A stretch of DNA of 64,000 bases from Eremomyces bilateralis CBS 781.70. Taxonomy: Eukaryota. The notes under the pieces are model-generated. The model saw nothing but the letters and a program-made list of their open reading frames with translations, was not told the origin of the DNA and did not search any database. The stretch's first letter is position 1. Each line of letters starts with the position of its first letter. A program made the translations under genes and the position numbers. The DNA lies in the NCBI GenBank assembly GCA_010015585.1, contig ML975151.1, one strand, 5' to 3'. Below are positions 25,429-37,125 of the stretch, piece after piece.

Positions 25429-27867
25429 ATGACAACACTCCCAGCGTCCGTAGCTATTGTTGGAGCCGGACCCGGCGGCCTCACCGCTGCGAAAGCCCTC
25501 CTCTCCCTTCCCAACCATGCATTTCGAGTCACCATCTTCGAGCGGCAGAGTCGCGTCGGCGGCATGTGGGCTTTATCACGGACGAGTAGCCTGAGCGAGG
25601 GCAAAGTGAGCAAGGAGATGATGACGAATTTAAGCCGCTTTACCGACGCGTTTTCCGACTTGGCCTGGGAAAATGTCGAGTTGGATTCCGATCAGACGAA
25701 CGGTAAGCGGACCGGCCAGAAGGTCGAGCCTCCGATGTTTCCAAGAGCTTGGCAGGTAGGACGGTATTTGCAGGAGTACGCAAGGCGGTATGTCCCGGAG
25801 GAGGTGGTGAAGTTAAACTGCGAAGTAGTCAACGCCGACCGCGTTGATGAAGCGGGCTCGATGAAGTGGAGGGTCAGGTGGCAGCATCCGCATACAGATC
25901 CTATCACCGAGGATTCAGTCACGGTGGACGAATCCTGCGGGCTATTCGATTACCTGATCATCTCTTCGGGATTCTTTGACAAACCCAGACCTTTACTACT
26001 CAAGGACCACTTTCCAGCCAGTGGATACGACGCCAGTGTTGGGGACGTGAAGATAATCCATAGCACGGCTTTCCGCAGCCTGGAAAGCATCCTACCCAAT
26101 GGAGTACCATCCTCTGGAAAAATCGTGGTTATAGGAGGGGGCATGTCTGGGGCTGAAGCTGCTGCAAATGCCGCCTTTTTCCTCTCAGATGCTGCATACT
26201 CATCTCCAACCACCTCCTCCAAAGCAGAGCTAAGGGAGTCGTTGGGCTCTCGTAATGGTATTCAAATCCACCATGTGGCCAGTAGGCCGTTCTACAACAT
26301 GCCTAGATATCTCTCGGTCCCCCGACCGTCCTCTGAGAAGGCTTCAGAACAGGCCTTCCCATCCTTCTTACCAGTTGACCTCGTCTTCTATGATCTATCA
26401 CGCCGACCTGGCAACACTATATCTGCGAATACGGGTCGAGTGCCGCCAGAGACGACGAAGTCCACGCACCGGTTCTTGCGGAGCTTCGTGGGCGATCAAT
26501 CCGATCTGAGCCAGGCTCTTGTCGCAACTGAAGAAGAACTCGGGAAAGCAAGTTACGTTGCAATTTCGGATACATACGCTGAGTTCGTTCGGAGTGGGTT
26601 AATCGTTCCTTTGAGAGGGACGGTGACCCGCTTGGAAGAACAGAACATCGAGGATACGCGCACTAGCCTGTCCGCGTCGATCGTGGATGCCAATGGCACC
26701 AAGCCCCTAAATGACGTGGTGGCAGTCATTCACGCTACTGGGTTCCGTTGTCATTCAGCTCTGACATGGCTCGATCCGGCTGTCCTAGCGGACCTCGAGT
26801 ACAGCAAAGACTCCGAACGCCTTCCCCTCTTCCTGCAAGACCACGCCGTGTACAATGACGTGGTTCCGAATCTCGGCTTTGTAGGGTTTTACGAAGGTCC
26901 TTTTTGGGGCGTCATGGAGATGCAAGCAAGGCTTCTCGCGGACCGTTTCCTGGCCTTGCAACAGGAGAAGGCGCCAAAGCCAGGCATGCTTGACCGGGCT
27001 GAGGAGCATGCCAAGTTTGAGGAGCTCAGAGCTTCGATTCACAAACAAGACAGGAATGTGCCGCAATTTTGGCAAGGGGATTATGTTGGTATCGTGGAGG
27101 ATTATGCCCAGTTCATGGGAATCGAAAGAGAAGACGAGGGTTTCGGTCTGAATGGAGATCCAAGTCCATCTGTGCCAGCACGATTTACTACCAAAACTCC
27201 GACCACAGCATCGGACACCCAAGTCACACTTCAAAGTCTTCATAACATCCTCGATAGAGACCTAGGCTCACCTGGCTCGTCCAGCCGGTTCCTCTCCTGC
27301 GCACTTTTCCGCGCTTTACAAGGCGACTGGCTGATCCACCGCACTGTGACTTCCGCTTTACCTACCTTTCCTTCCGGCCTCCTTGAAGGCACCGCAACAT
27401 TCTACCCTCGCTCACCCTCTTCGGCCGGCTATGCCGCTGAATATTTCTACGAAGAGAAGGGCACGTTACTTATGACCAACGGCTACGAAGTCCAAGCATC
27501 TCGACAGTACGCCTACCGCCTCAGCGACGGAGTGGGCCACCGCACCGATGTCGCCTATGGGGAGCTGGGCCCGGAAGCGGAACGCGGTAGCAGAGACGGT
27601 ATTACGGCGTGGTTCGTCAAAGAGGACCGCAGTGTGGATTACCTGTTCCATCGCGTGCGTTTGGATGGTGCTCAGAAAGATTCACAGGCGTTCTGCAACG
27701 CAACAGGATCCCATCTCTGCGTGAAGGATACCTATGAGACCGAATACAAGTTCGAGTTCGATGGGGTGAACGTGAAGCGGTTCAACATCAAGTATCACGT
27801 CAGCGGGCCGAGTAAAGATTATACCCACGACACTTGGTTTCAGCGGGCGCAAAAGGAGGGAGCCTGA
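25429..27867 (+). CDS. FMO-like FAD/NAD(P)H-dependent oxidoreductase with C-terminal DUF6314-like beta domain
   Basis: VAIVGAGPGGL...FERQSRVGGMW (FAD), VVIGGGMSG (NADPH), HATGF; C-terminal ALQGDWLIHR...GTATF...YFYEEKG...HLCVKDTY...VSGPSKDY typical of DUF6314. Intronless. Confidence 0.8.
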   Translation: MTTLPASVAIVGAGPGGLTAAKALLSLPNHAFRVTIFERQSRVGGMWALSRTSSLSEGKVSKEMMTNLSRFTDAFSDLAWENVELDSDQTNGKRTGQKVEPPMFPRAWQVGRYLQEYARRYVPEEVVKLNCEVVNADRVDEAGSMKWRVRWQHPHTDPITEDSVTVDESCGLFDYLIISSGFFDKPRPLLLKDHFPASGYDASVGDVKIIHSTAFRSLESILPNGVPSSGKIVVIGGGMSGAEAAANAAFFLSDAAYSSPTTSSKAELRESLGSRNGIQIHHVASRPFYNMPRYLSVPRPSSEKASEQAFPSFLPVDLVFYDLSRRPGNTISANTGRVPPETTKSTHRFLRSFVGDQSDLSQALVATEEELGKASYVAISDTYAEFVRSGLIVPLRGTVTRLEEQNIEDTRTSLSASIVDANGTKPLNDVVAVIHATGFRCHSALTWLDPAVLADLEYSKDSERLPLFLQDHAVYNDVVPNLGFVGFYEGPFWGVMEMQARLLADRFLALQQEKAPKPGMLDRAEEHAKFEELRASIHKQDRNVPQFWQGDYVGIVEDYAQFMGIEREDEGFGLNGDPSPSVPARFTTKTPTTASDTQVTLQSLHNILDRDLGSPGSSSRFLSCALFRALQGDWLIHRTVTSALPTFPSGLLEGTATFYPRSPSSAGYAAEYFYEEKGTLLMTNGYEVQASRQYAYRLSDGVGHRTDVAYGELGPEAERGSRDGITAWFVKEDRSVDYLFHRVRLDGAQKDSQAFCNATGSHLCVKDTYETEYKFEFDGVNVKRFNIKYHVSGPSKDYTHDTWFQRAQKEGA

Positions 27868-28144
27868 TTTCGTCCGGGCTATGTTTTGCGCTTTCGTTGA
27901 GACCGCTCAATCCGCCGGAAGATGAAGGACCGCTCATCAAGACGTAATTCGCAGCGAGCCGGAAATGACGACATTTATGAATTGGTCCATAATGAAGAGG
28001 TGTATTTTGAAGAGCACAACCTTGGAATCTATAACACAATGTATTGAAACTCTATGAAAATTGCCAATTCCGGTCGTGGGACTGCACGCTAGCCAGAAAG
28101 CATAGGGCAAGGCCCAAAGCTACGGCAATATAAGCGGTAAAAGG

Positions 28145-29143
28145 TTATAAGGAGGTTTCTAGGAGGGCTTCCACTTCCGATAAAGGCACGCAATCCGTCT
28201 TCATATCAGATACGGTCGAGTCAGTCGTTACGACCTGAATTTCTCCCACGCCGGCCGCCTTCATCGCTCGGACAGCCTTAGGATAATTCAACCCAACTTG
28301 ATCGATCCCGTGAGAGTCGTCCGAAAGCGTGAATCTCCCCTTCATCCGCAAATATTCTTGCATGATCTCGACACACGGATACGGCTCATCCATGCCTTTC
28401 CGCAATGCGCTAGAATTGACCTCCAAGATCAACCCGTTGTCCGCGGCGAATTGAAGATTCCGAATGACTTTGCTCCACACAGCACTTCCAAGAGCTCGAA
28501 TGCTCCCATTGGGGTTGTTGCTGTACAGTCTAATTAGGTCAAAGTGGCCGACAACCGGCGGCTTGAGTCGCTGAAGGAGCTCATATTGTTCGTCGAAGAA
28601 GATGCAAAACAGATCTACGTCGGTTCCACCGCAGGCATCCCTTGCCTCGACGTAGAGTTCCTTGGAGAAATCAATTGGGATGGTTTTGACATGGTGGATA
28701 GAACCCATGTAGAAGTTGAAGTCTGATCGTTGAGACACGTCATCGTCGGAGCAGATCCCATAGTTGAGAATGTCTTCAACCAAGCCAACATAGTTGGGAG
28801 TGACGAATTCACTCTCGAAGCCAATCAGGATGCTGATCTTGTCTGCATACTTTTCCCGAAGTCGCAAGGCCTCTTTGAGATATGCCCTGAAGAGCTGGTG
28901 GAGGATGTCCCACGAATAATTTTCAGCAACCTTTCGAGCATCAGATCAGTGACTAAACATTAGAAAATGGCAGGCGTCGGTGCTAACCTCTTCAGCATAC
29001 AAATGCTCGTTCGGCCGTGGGATATGTTCGGTTAAAGCAAAGGTCCGAAACCCTTTGTTTACGGCCTGCTGAATGACCTCTTCAAGAGTATTCTTGGCAT
29101 GGGCGCAGAACTGCCCAGAATGACTATGATGTGAAAACGGCAT
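28145..29143 (-). CDS. HIS2: Histidinol-phosphatase (PHP family), 2 exons
   Basis: MPFSHHSHSGQFCAHA, LTEH, GFESE, GSIHHV, VGHFDLI, LEVNSSALRKG, LSDDSHG; intron ~28931-28987. Confidence 0.93.
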
Positions 29144-29724
29144 TCTAGAGAGCGGTGAAAACAAATCTAGACAGTTTTAAGAAATGTAGAAGAGTCTGTA
29201 TTCATCAGAAAGGAATTGAAATCACTTTAGACCATTTTGATGGAGTCTTGCTTTGTTGATCAATTGAGACCTGTGGTGACTGGAAATGATGGATAGTTAC
29301 GGATAATGTTCGGTCGAGTATCCGCTCAATATGATAGCCTCGCTCCAACACATTTCGCCGGTGCATCCCCTTGAAGTGTCCGATTCTATGTCAGTTCCAA
29401 CACTCCGAGATGCGTTTGTAATCTCTTCGTATTCTGGTTGCCAATGCATGTGCCTGCAGCCAGACAATCGCGGAATCGAATCTATTGAAAGGGTCAGATC
29501 CCCATTCAGGCACAGTGCTCCGACTGGCAATGTCAGTGTAATTGCACGACTATTTCGCTGGCCGGGTGGCAGAGAAGGTATTGATCTCGTATCTGTAATA
29601 TAACTCTAGACGTAGTGACATGTCATACGAATCCGGCTGTGAATATTGAAAGCCATGGTCCAGGTCCTCCAGGACGTAGATTAGGGCTTCATCACGCTCC
29701 GGAACTCCTGGATAAAAACCTGGC

Positions 29725-31568
29725 TCAGTCCAGAAGCAACGTTGCGAACTTCACCAGTGCATTGTCTTTGGCCTCCTCGTTCCAGCTCTCCCGTGTGATT
29801 CGTGTAGGTCGAGCACACGATCGTGAGCACGATGTCCGTCGGAAAGGAACGAGAGCGGGGAACCGTCCTTCATTAACCAAAGGCTGGAAAGAGTACGCCA
29901 CAATGTCTCCCAAGAAGAAGAATTCGAACCATTCGCTTCCGGGTTGGACGAAGAATTTGCCACAAGCGGAACAGTGGTGGTGGACCACGAGCGGTCGGCC
30001 GTCCAGTTTTGATTGTTTCGCGCATACGTCTGCAGTCGTAGAAACTTCAAATGCATTTTCCGGCCGCGTAGCTGCTCGTACAGTGTGTGCAGCAGCAGCT
30101 TGCAATCCACTTGCAAGCGGAGTAGGAAGGTCGAGGCCTTGGCATCCTAAAATCTCCCAAATCTCCGAGGCCGTACGCGGAGGGCAATCAGTGTAAAACT
30201 GGTCGAAACTGAGCAACTCACGCGAGATGCGGCGGAGGGATAATTCCCTCAGTGATGGCGCCCTGTGCTTCTGGGGTATCGTACTATTAGATGTTTCTCC
30301 TGATGCGGATTCTGCATCTATTTCCCACGGTTCCCTTAACAGCGAAAGTGGCGCCGGATCTGCTGTTGAGATTCCCGATGGCTGTATTTCTGTGGGTATT
30401 GAATCGACGTCCTGCTGATCGAAGTATAAAGGGGGTGATGCAGCAAGAAACGTCGGTGGATGCCTAGAGAAATCCTTGCTTCTCACTTGCTCAACTGACA
30501 CTCCTTCCAAGGACTGGGTGACCCGACACAGCAATTTCATTGATAATGACATGTGCTCGGCCGTCAAGGTCTGACCCCGGTCTTTGGCTTGGCAGCCTTC
30601 CAGCTCGAGAAATGGATTCATTGAATAGTTGAATATCCGAAGTTTTCCATACAAGTTAAGAGCAGGCTCTTCCCAACCAGGGAGGGGTTGTTCCGCCTTG
30701 AAGAGGCTGAGCAGCTCAAATGGAAGCCATTTCAAGTTATTGCAAGAGACATTAAGCTCTTCTAGATTGTAAAGTTGGCCAATGGAATTCGGCAGTTCTT
30801 CGAGACGATTGTTGCGAAGGGAGAGTACCGTGAGATATTGGAGGTTAAGCATTCCGACTGGGAGGGACCGCAACCCATTATTGGCTAGAAATATATTGAG
30901 TCTCGGGGCAATCGACTCATAGCCGGGCGAAGGCGGTCTGTCCACCGTTTTGGGGTGCCGGATAACAGTCTCCAGTGGTTTGAATGTGGAAGAATGGAGC
31001 TCGCTCAAACCCAGCCGCCTACGAACAATTAGCTCCCTCCTGCTGAAAATAGGAAACTGCTTTCAAGGGTGCATGGCCAGACGTACGCAAGGTCAAATAT
31101 TTCCTCATTCTTCTGAACAGCTTTCGATATCAACTCCCTGGCGCACAGCTCGGAGGCATCGTAGATGGACTCAGGGAGTGTAGGCTCCTCAGCATCGTTG
31201 TCTAGCTCGATTAGATCGGAGCTGCAATCCATCCATACGGCACTGTCAATTTTCCTCGACATCGATCGTTTCCTCTTGACAGCCTGATTCCATAGGCTCC
31301 GACCGTGGGCATCGTTCATCGGTTTGCTAGACTGCTGCCACCACGGACCATGAGACTGCCGCTTGACCCTTTCCACGGGATCATAGTCTTCTAACCCTAT
31401 GTCTGGATTATCATCGCTGCTAAATATGGGTGGGTCGCTTGGGAGTGTGGTATCAAACGAGCGTTTGCGGGAGGAGCGTCGCGATAGGTTTGGTGGCCGT
31501 AGAAACGCGTCGGATCGGCTGGGCTCAAAGCGAGGCAGATCGTCATCGGATGCAGGTGCATCGGACAT
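29725..31568 (-). CDS. Fungal leucine-rich-repeat protein with Cys-rich C-terminus, 2 exons
   Basis: LRRs LNIFLANNGLRSLP, LTVLSLRNNRLEELP, LEELNVSCNNLKWLP; PSLRELSLRRI; CSACGK...CSRSC. Intron 31019-31086 (GTACGT..GCTAAT..TAG) joins ORFs 31029-31568 and 29725-31008. Confidence 0.82.
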
Positions 31569-32056
31569 GATTAATAACCGATTAGAGAGTCAACAATATG
31601 GATAAACGAATGTGGCAATATGAGTAGAATAAGATTGAGGATGTCTGATTGACTGGTGTTGGGCAACTTGAGGTGGGAGCCTGGGAGGGGAGTTCAGTTG
31701 AGGTTACGCGTTGCGATTTAACGCGACACGACAGAGAGGAGCCCGCAAAATTAGTTATGGATTATTTGGTTGCCGCTAATTGCCGTAGTGTGCTCGGTAT
31801 CGAAAACCGGAAAATTGAATTGTCACATCCACCCCCTGAGCAATAGTGTATAACTTTATATTGACATTCATAGTTCTGTTAACTAGCCGTTGCGAGAGCG
31901 ACGTAGAACTTACAGTACAGATATCCGAAAAAATTATCTCACTCGCCTGGCGAACATTTTCCCCTGGACAGCCACCACGAACGACATTAGGGGAGGTCAT
32001 CTAGGATAAATCACTCCCACGGTCTCGCACAGCATCACCGATTCGAAATCATAACT

Positions 32057-34816
32057 TCACACTAGCTCCTCCACAGATGATGGAATGGGAAAGGACCTTT
32101 TTGCCATACGCCATGCGGTTTCACTAAAGCTCGAAAACACCGTCCATGCCGGCGTGATGGCCTTGAACAGCTCCGCAAAGCTGCCAAGCAGTTGCGGACT
32201 ATATGCCCGCGAAATGGGAAGCCCAGTTGGACTTCGATACTGGTTCAATTGATGATTCATAGGATCAGAATCAGACTGGATGCCCGCGAGCGCCCAGACC
32301 ACGACCGCGGCATGATGAAGCGCGATGAGCGCCATGAGGTTGAACTGCGCGCGGACGGTCTCGTCCAGGGTAGATTCCTCGGATAGGAGACGCCAGATGG
32401 CGATGGCGTGGTCGAGGGCTTGGGTGGCGGATTCGGATTTGGCCCATTTGTAGGTGCGCTCGACGGAGGTTTGGTAGGCGGAGGACTGGTTGCCGCCGAT
32501 TTCGTAGGAGAGGAGGTGGAGACTACGGATGTCGGCGCGGAGGCGCAGGAAGCTGAGGTGGTAAAGCAACCGGGCGGCGAGGAGGGTGCTGCGGGTGCGC
32601 ATGTTGGGCTGTATGGGTTGATTGCTGGTGAACGATTGGTTCCATCGTGATAAGGCGCTGATAGTCCTGTTGAAGTCCTCGCGGAGGTTGCTCATCCGTC
32701 GAATCGTTTGTGTGAGCGACTCTTGGCTCGGAGGGGAGGAAGAGCTAGCAATTCTAGGAGGATGGTTCTTCATTGCGGAGCTGGTGTTCTTATTGATAAG
32801 ATGACGAGGCTCCAGGGCAGAGGTACTGATTGGTGCCGATGTCAATGCTCGTGGTATCGAGATTAGGTCGTCAATGCCGGTCAATCGATGAGCCATGTCT
32901 GCATCGTGTGAAAATCTCCAAACGGACTCTTGAAGACCAACGAGAATCAAGCCGTTATCAGCAAAGTGAAGAGACGGAAGAGTCTCATCATACTCCATTG
33001 CAATCCGCACGAGGTCCGAGAAATATAGGCCGCTCGGGCGCCGTAATTGCCACAGCTGGCTGGTGCCTTGATCGTATTTGGAAGATCCACTGGTCCACGT
33101 ATCGTCCGGACAGGGGAGTTCAAGATTGATTTCTTCTGATGAGAGCGTAGGCTTGGTGTCGAGCAAGATGCTTAAGAATATGTCAGCTCGTAAGATACCG
33201 AACGCCAGCCTCTTCTTGAGTTCCGAGCGTATCCATGCATCCGTTGGTAGCTCCGAGCATATGTAATTTTCTTCGCTGTTTCCGTCATAGGGCCGTTTTG
33301 TCCGGCGCGACTCGCTGAAGACATTCATCTTGCGAGCCCGAGCGATCAGGATACTTCCTAGGTGCTGCGCATTTGAGAATCCTTGCTTTTGACAGAAATA
33401 TAACGATCCCACCATGGTCAATAACATGGATTGAAGAATCCAGTTCAAAGATTCGTCCTGATCCTCTTCCAAAGGTGCTGTGACCAAAGCTCGTCGCAGG
33501 GCGTCTTGCAAGTGCAGTCCGAAGATGTTCCCCGATCGCTCGCTGTACATGGCTCCAATGGAAGCCAGTGTCAAATATAGAACAGGTGGTGCAAGGTCGC
33601 ACTTGAATCCGCGAACCCAGAATAGCGGCCAAAGAGCATGGAACCTTGTAAAGTAGAGCTTAACAAAGTGGTGCAAGAGATGAGGCATATCTGACTCTGC
33701 CAATATGGACTGGTTGATGCCAAATACCCCAGCCACCGTGGCCGACATTGAATTCCAGAATCGAGATCGTTTCTCCACGTTCCGCGATGCAGCTGTTGAC
33801 GAATGATTGAAAGCAAAGGTGATCAGCTGCTCGATCGTAGATGCCCATTTCTCCACATTCCCGGGCTTGGACGGGATCCCCTGGGTTGGGGTTCCAAGTA
33901 CAGGCTTTGGAAGTCGAGGGACAAAAGTAGGGGATGGTTGGTGGGATACACTAGGAAGAGAAGGGGAGAATGGAGTTTGACTTTCGTTGAGGGGCAGTGC
34001 TACCGGTAATAGGGATCGAGCCACGTGTGAGATATCGGTGATAGGAACAATTCTCTGAGAGGTCGCTCCCAGGCGGAATTGGGAGGGTCCAACGGCCAGA
34101 GAAAGGGCTTCTGGAGTTGGTTCCACAGGGTGCTCCAAATCAAGTAGGAGATTTGGCTGAGCATACAGGTCCTCATGGCGCCAAGGCCAGCCGGTCGGTT
34201 CCAACCAATTCCCTGAATGCCATATATCTTCCATGACAGCATCTAGGGAGTCGCTTGCGATTTCGAGCCTTTGCGTACTGGAAAGAAAGTCCGAACTCGA
34301 AGAGAAATCGGAACCTGACAGCTCCCAGGGTCCAATTGGAGAGGTGAGTTGATCTATGAGTGCTGAATTCGAGCTAGGAGTATCACTCCTTATCGTCCCT
34401 ACCGGGCTGGTTTCAGAGCGGCCGACTGATATCTGCCTAGATTTCGACTCTTTTATGTAGTTCCTTCGACTTAAGCGTCCAGTCTCGCTATCGGGCTCGT
34501 ACGAACACGGATGATCGGCGTTGAGACACGATGAGCATGGAGTGCCTCCGGAGCATTTTGCCTTGGCCTTTTTGCAGCGAGCGCAGGCTCGTTGACCCCG
34601 TCTTCGTCCATCTTCGGAGTCGTGGATCCGAGAATGCCTCTGGAGGAGGTCGCGCCGCCGGAAGTTCAAATGGCATATCGGACAGACATGATGGGGGCCG
34701 CCTTCGTGGTTATGTCGATGCCGGGTTAGAGAGTCGCGAGATTTGTACTTTTTACCACATGTCCCACAAACAAAGTTGTCTGCTCCAGAGAATGCTACTG
34801 ACTCTGGTGGTGCCAT
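32057..34816 (-). CDS. Transcription factor with two C2H2 fingers, a Zn(II)2Cys6 cluster and a fungal TF middle homology region
   Basis: CGTCGKKYKSRDSLTRHRHNH, CPICHLNFRRRDLLQRHSRIH, RACARCKKAKAKCSGGTPCSSCLNADHPCSY; LYFTRFHALWPLF, WIRSELKKRL, LELPCPDDTW. Start taken at MAPPES; the ORF is open back to 34960. Confidence 0.9.
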   Translation of the reverse strand: MAPPESVAFSGADNFVCGTCGKKYKSRDSLTRHRHNHEGGPHHVCPICHLNFRRRDLLQRHSRIHDSEDGRRRGQRACARCKKAKAKCSGGTPCSSCLNADHPCSYEPDSETGRLSRRNYIKESKSRQISVGRSETSPVGTIRSDTPSSNSALIDQLTSPIGPWELSGSDFSSSSDFLSSTQRLEIASDSLDAVMEDIWHSGNWLEPTGWPWRHEDLYAQPNLLLDLEHPVEPTPEALSLAVGPSQFRLGATSQRIVPITDISHVARSLLPVALPLNESQTPFSPSLPSVSHQPSPTFVPRLPKPVLGTPTQGIPSKPGNVEKWASTIEQLITFAFNHSSTAASRNVEKRSRFWNSMSATVAGVFGINQSILAESDMPHLLHHFVKLYFTRFHALWPLFWVRGFKCDLAPPVLYLTLASIGAMYSERSGNIFGLHLQDALRRALVTAPLEEDQDESLNWILQSMLLTMVGSLYFCQKQGFSNAQHLGSILIARARKMNVFSESRRTKRPYDGNSEENYICSELPTDAWIRSELKKRLAFGILRADIFLSILLDTKPTLSSEEINLELPCPDDTWTSGSSKYDQGTSQLWQLRRPSGLYFSDLVRIAMEYDETLPSLHFADNGLILVGLQESVWRFSHDADMAHRLTGIDDLISIPRALTSAPISTSALEPRHLINKNTSSAMKNHPPRIASSSSPPSQESLTQTIRRMSNLREDFNRTISALSRWNQSFTSNQPIQPNMRTRSTLLAARLLYHLSFLRLRADIRSLHLLSYEIGGNQSSAYQTSVERTYKWAKSESATQALDHAIAIWRLLSEESTLDETVRAQFNLMALIALHHAAVVVWALAGIQSDSDPMNHQLNQYRSPTGLPISRAYSPQLLGSFAELFKAITPAWTVFSSFSETAWRMAKRSFPIPSSVEELV

Positions 34817-37125
34817 TGAGGTCCGTTGTAAAAAATATTGTGCATGACTAAATGACGAGAAGCTTGAATTGAGTGCCAATGAGATGTAAAGAAAGGTTAT
34901 GCTACGCGGATTTACGAACGCCTCTTGCGAAGTATCACCAGAGAGTTCGCAGATATCCACCAGCGCAATCGAATAAGTAGTATGTCAAATGTGTCTCCAT
35001 TCACGATATGGTCCGGAGTGAATATTTTGTCTGGGAGATCCAGCTGGATCGTTCGTGGCGGATTTAATATGTGGCGCGACGCCTGCGAGCGGCATAGCAG
35101 ACGCAGCTCTCCCTGGCAATGGCAACGAAACATTTGGCCGAAGACCGAAGCACTCTGCGCAATATCGGACTCCCATCCCGGCACCACGGAACCCCTCCAT
35201 CAAGCCCGGACCCTCCGCCAAAATCAATGCTTTCATGGTATGAATGGAATGCTCCCTTTTCCAGACGAATCGGGTTCCGGCGAGAACGCGCGTACATCAT
35301 CCGAACCAGTATATAGGGCTAGAAACGAACTAGGCGAGGGAAATTGGCAGACTTGCAAGCTCGAATTCGACCACGATACAAGGGTGCTCAGTAGCAAGTG
35401 GGAGGAATATAATAGCGTTGGTGTGTTGGATGATGGAACGTAACGGATGAAGGGAGAAGGAAGGGATTCCTTCTGTATCCCGATGGCGATATCACAACCC
35501 CACAGGGCGATAGCCATTACCCATATGGATCGCCTTAGCCCAAGTGAGGGCAATCAATGAACGTGACATCACGGGGTAAGATTTAACTGAACCTATTGCC
35601 GTCGTCGATGTTGATGTAGTACCATGTGGTAGTGGTGGCATTGCCAGTTGACGATGCGATCCAGGGAGGCCCCACACCCCACAGCCGAATAACTTCCAAG
35701 ACTCTCGGCATTTGATCAGTTACGGGACTATACGGTACCATTATGCGCTATCGCTACCGAGAGGGTTGAGCGGGCGAAATAATATTGAATATTATTAAAG
35801 ATGTTCAGGATTTCCTGTTTGGTTGATGATACAGTAAGTTAGTGTTTCCTATCTAGTCATCAGGGAATCCAATTCTACCTAGCTACCTAAAATCAGGCAG
35901 CCATATTCGTATTCCAACATCAGCTCCCAATCGCCACGCAATCACAACAATTTCACAACATTCACTACTTCCATGCAAAAATCGCGCATTGAGGGGCAAT
36001 GCTTCAAAGGTTTATGATCTGAGCGTTCTATGGAAACGATCAAGATCAGTTGGATTTGTTGTTCACCAAATTGAATCCTCCTGACCTTTCCGTCTGGGCT
36101 GCGACCTGCGCCCTCCAGCCTTCCAGCAACAGGGGGTCGAACATCCAAAAGTCATTGGCGATGCTGTTATTCTCTGGCAGTTCCTTAATTTGGCGTTTTA
36201 CTGTGTCTCCTAAACATTTGGTTCTCGTGAAGGAGAGTAAGTCTCTGGCCCTAGACCCAGATATACACCGCTTGTTCGATGCTTGCGATTTTCGAGGCAC
36301 CGGAATTCTGAAGTCCTAGTCAACAAATTAGACTTAATTAGTTGCTTTCTCACGTGCTTCAGCATACTTATCTGGAATGGCTATGATATCATTATTATTA
36401 TTAGGGCTTGAATAGAATATCCCGAAGGCCATGAGTTCGAGGGAGTGTCGCAGCACACCATCCGACTGTTCCTGTCGGGTCGGATTCGGTGTCTCCCGTG
36501 GTGGCAGTGCAAGCAGGGCTGGGGAAAAGATACAGGTACTGACTGCGCAAAATTATTAACGCCTCAACCAACACTCAAGGCGACGGGGAGAAGTGTTGGA
36601 GACGCATCAAGGTGCTTCTCAGCTCTTTAATCAGGGAACCAATAACGCCGTCTGAAGAATTATCTAGTCTCGAGTCTCCTGGAAACGGAATCAACGGAAG
36701 CTAACAGCATCAAGCTCGGGATGGTGTGCAACCATCCCGAAGACGAAGCATAGTAGGTTAACAGTTAGCACCGCCTCCCTCAAGTGCACGACTGGATGTT
36801 GGACATCAAACCAACGCTGAAAGTCATCTATTGGCATATTCGATCCATGGAAGTATGTCCAAGCTGGCAGTCGTAAGGTTGTTATATGGCACATGGTCTG
36901 CCTCTCATGTTGTTTACAATACTTCGTCCCAACCTAAGAGGTCGGGGGTCGATGCAACATGGCCTTCCGCCCTCGTTGAGCCTCTTCATAGCATTCCGCC
37001 TTATTTCAGCAGCATTTCCTTGGTCCATTCTAGTCTTTTGAGATCCGTCGTCCAAGTCCGTTTGTTTCCTTCAAGTCATTTTCTATGACCGGTCAGAAAT
37101 CTTGACCGACCCCATACGGTCTCCC

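Noticed and set aside
25429..34816. Secondary-metabolite cluster (monooxygenase + Zn2Cys6 TF)
   Set aside because: No PKS, NRPS or terpene synthase backbone; the intervening genes (HIS2, LRR) are housekeeping-type.
34960..37100. Short ORFs in the TF/kinase-HET spacer as transposon relics
   Set aside because: No transposase, RT or integrase motifs, terminal repeats or target-site duplications recognisable by eye.
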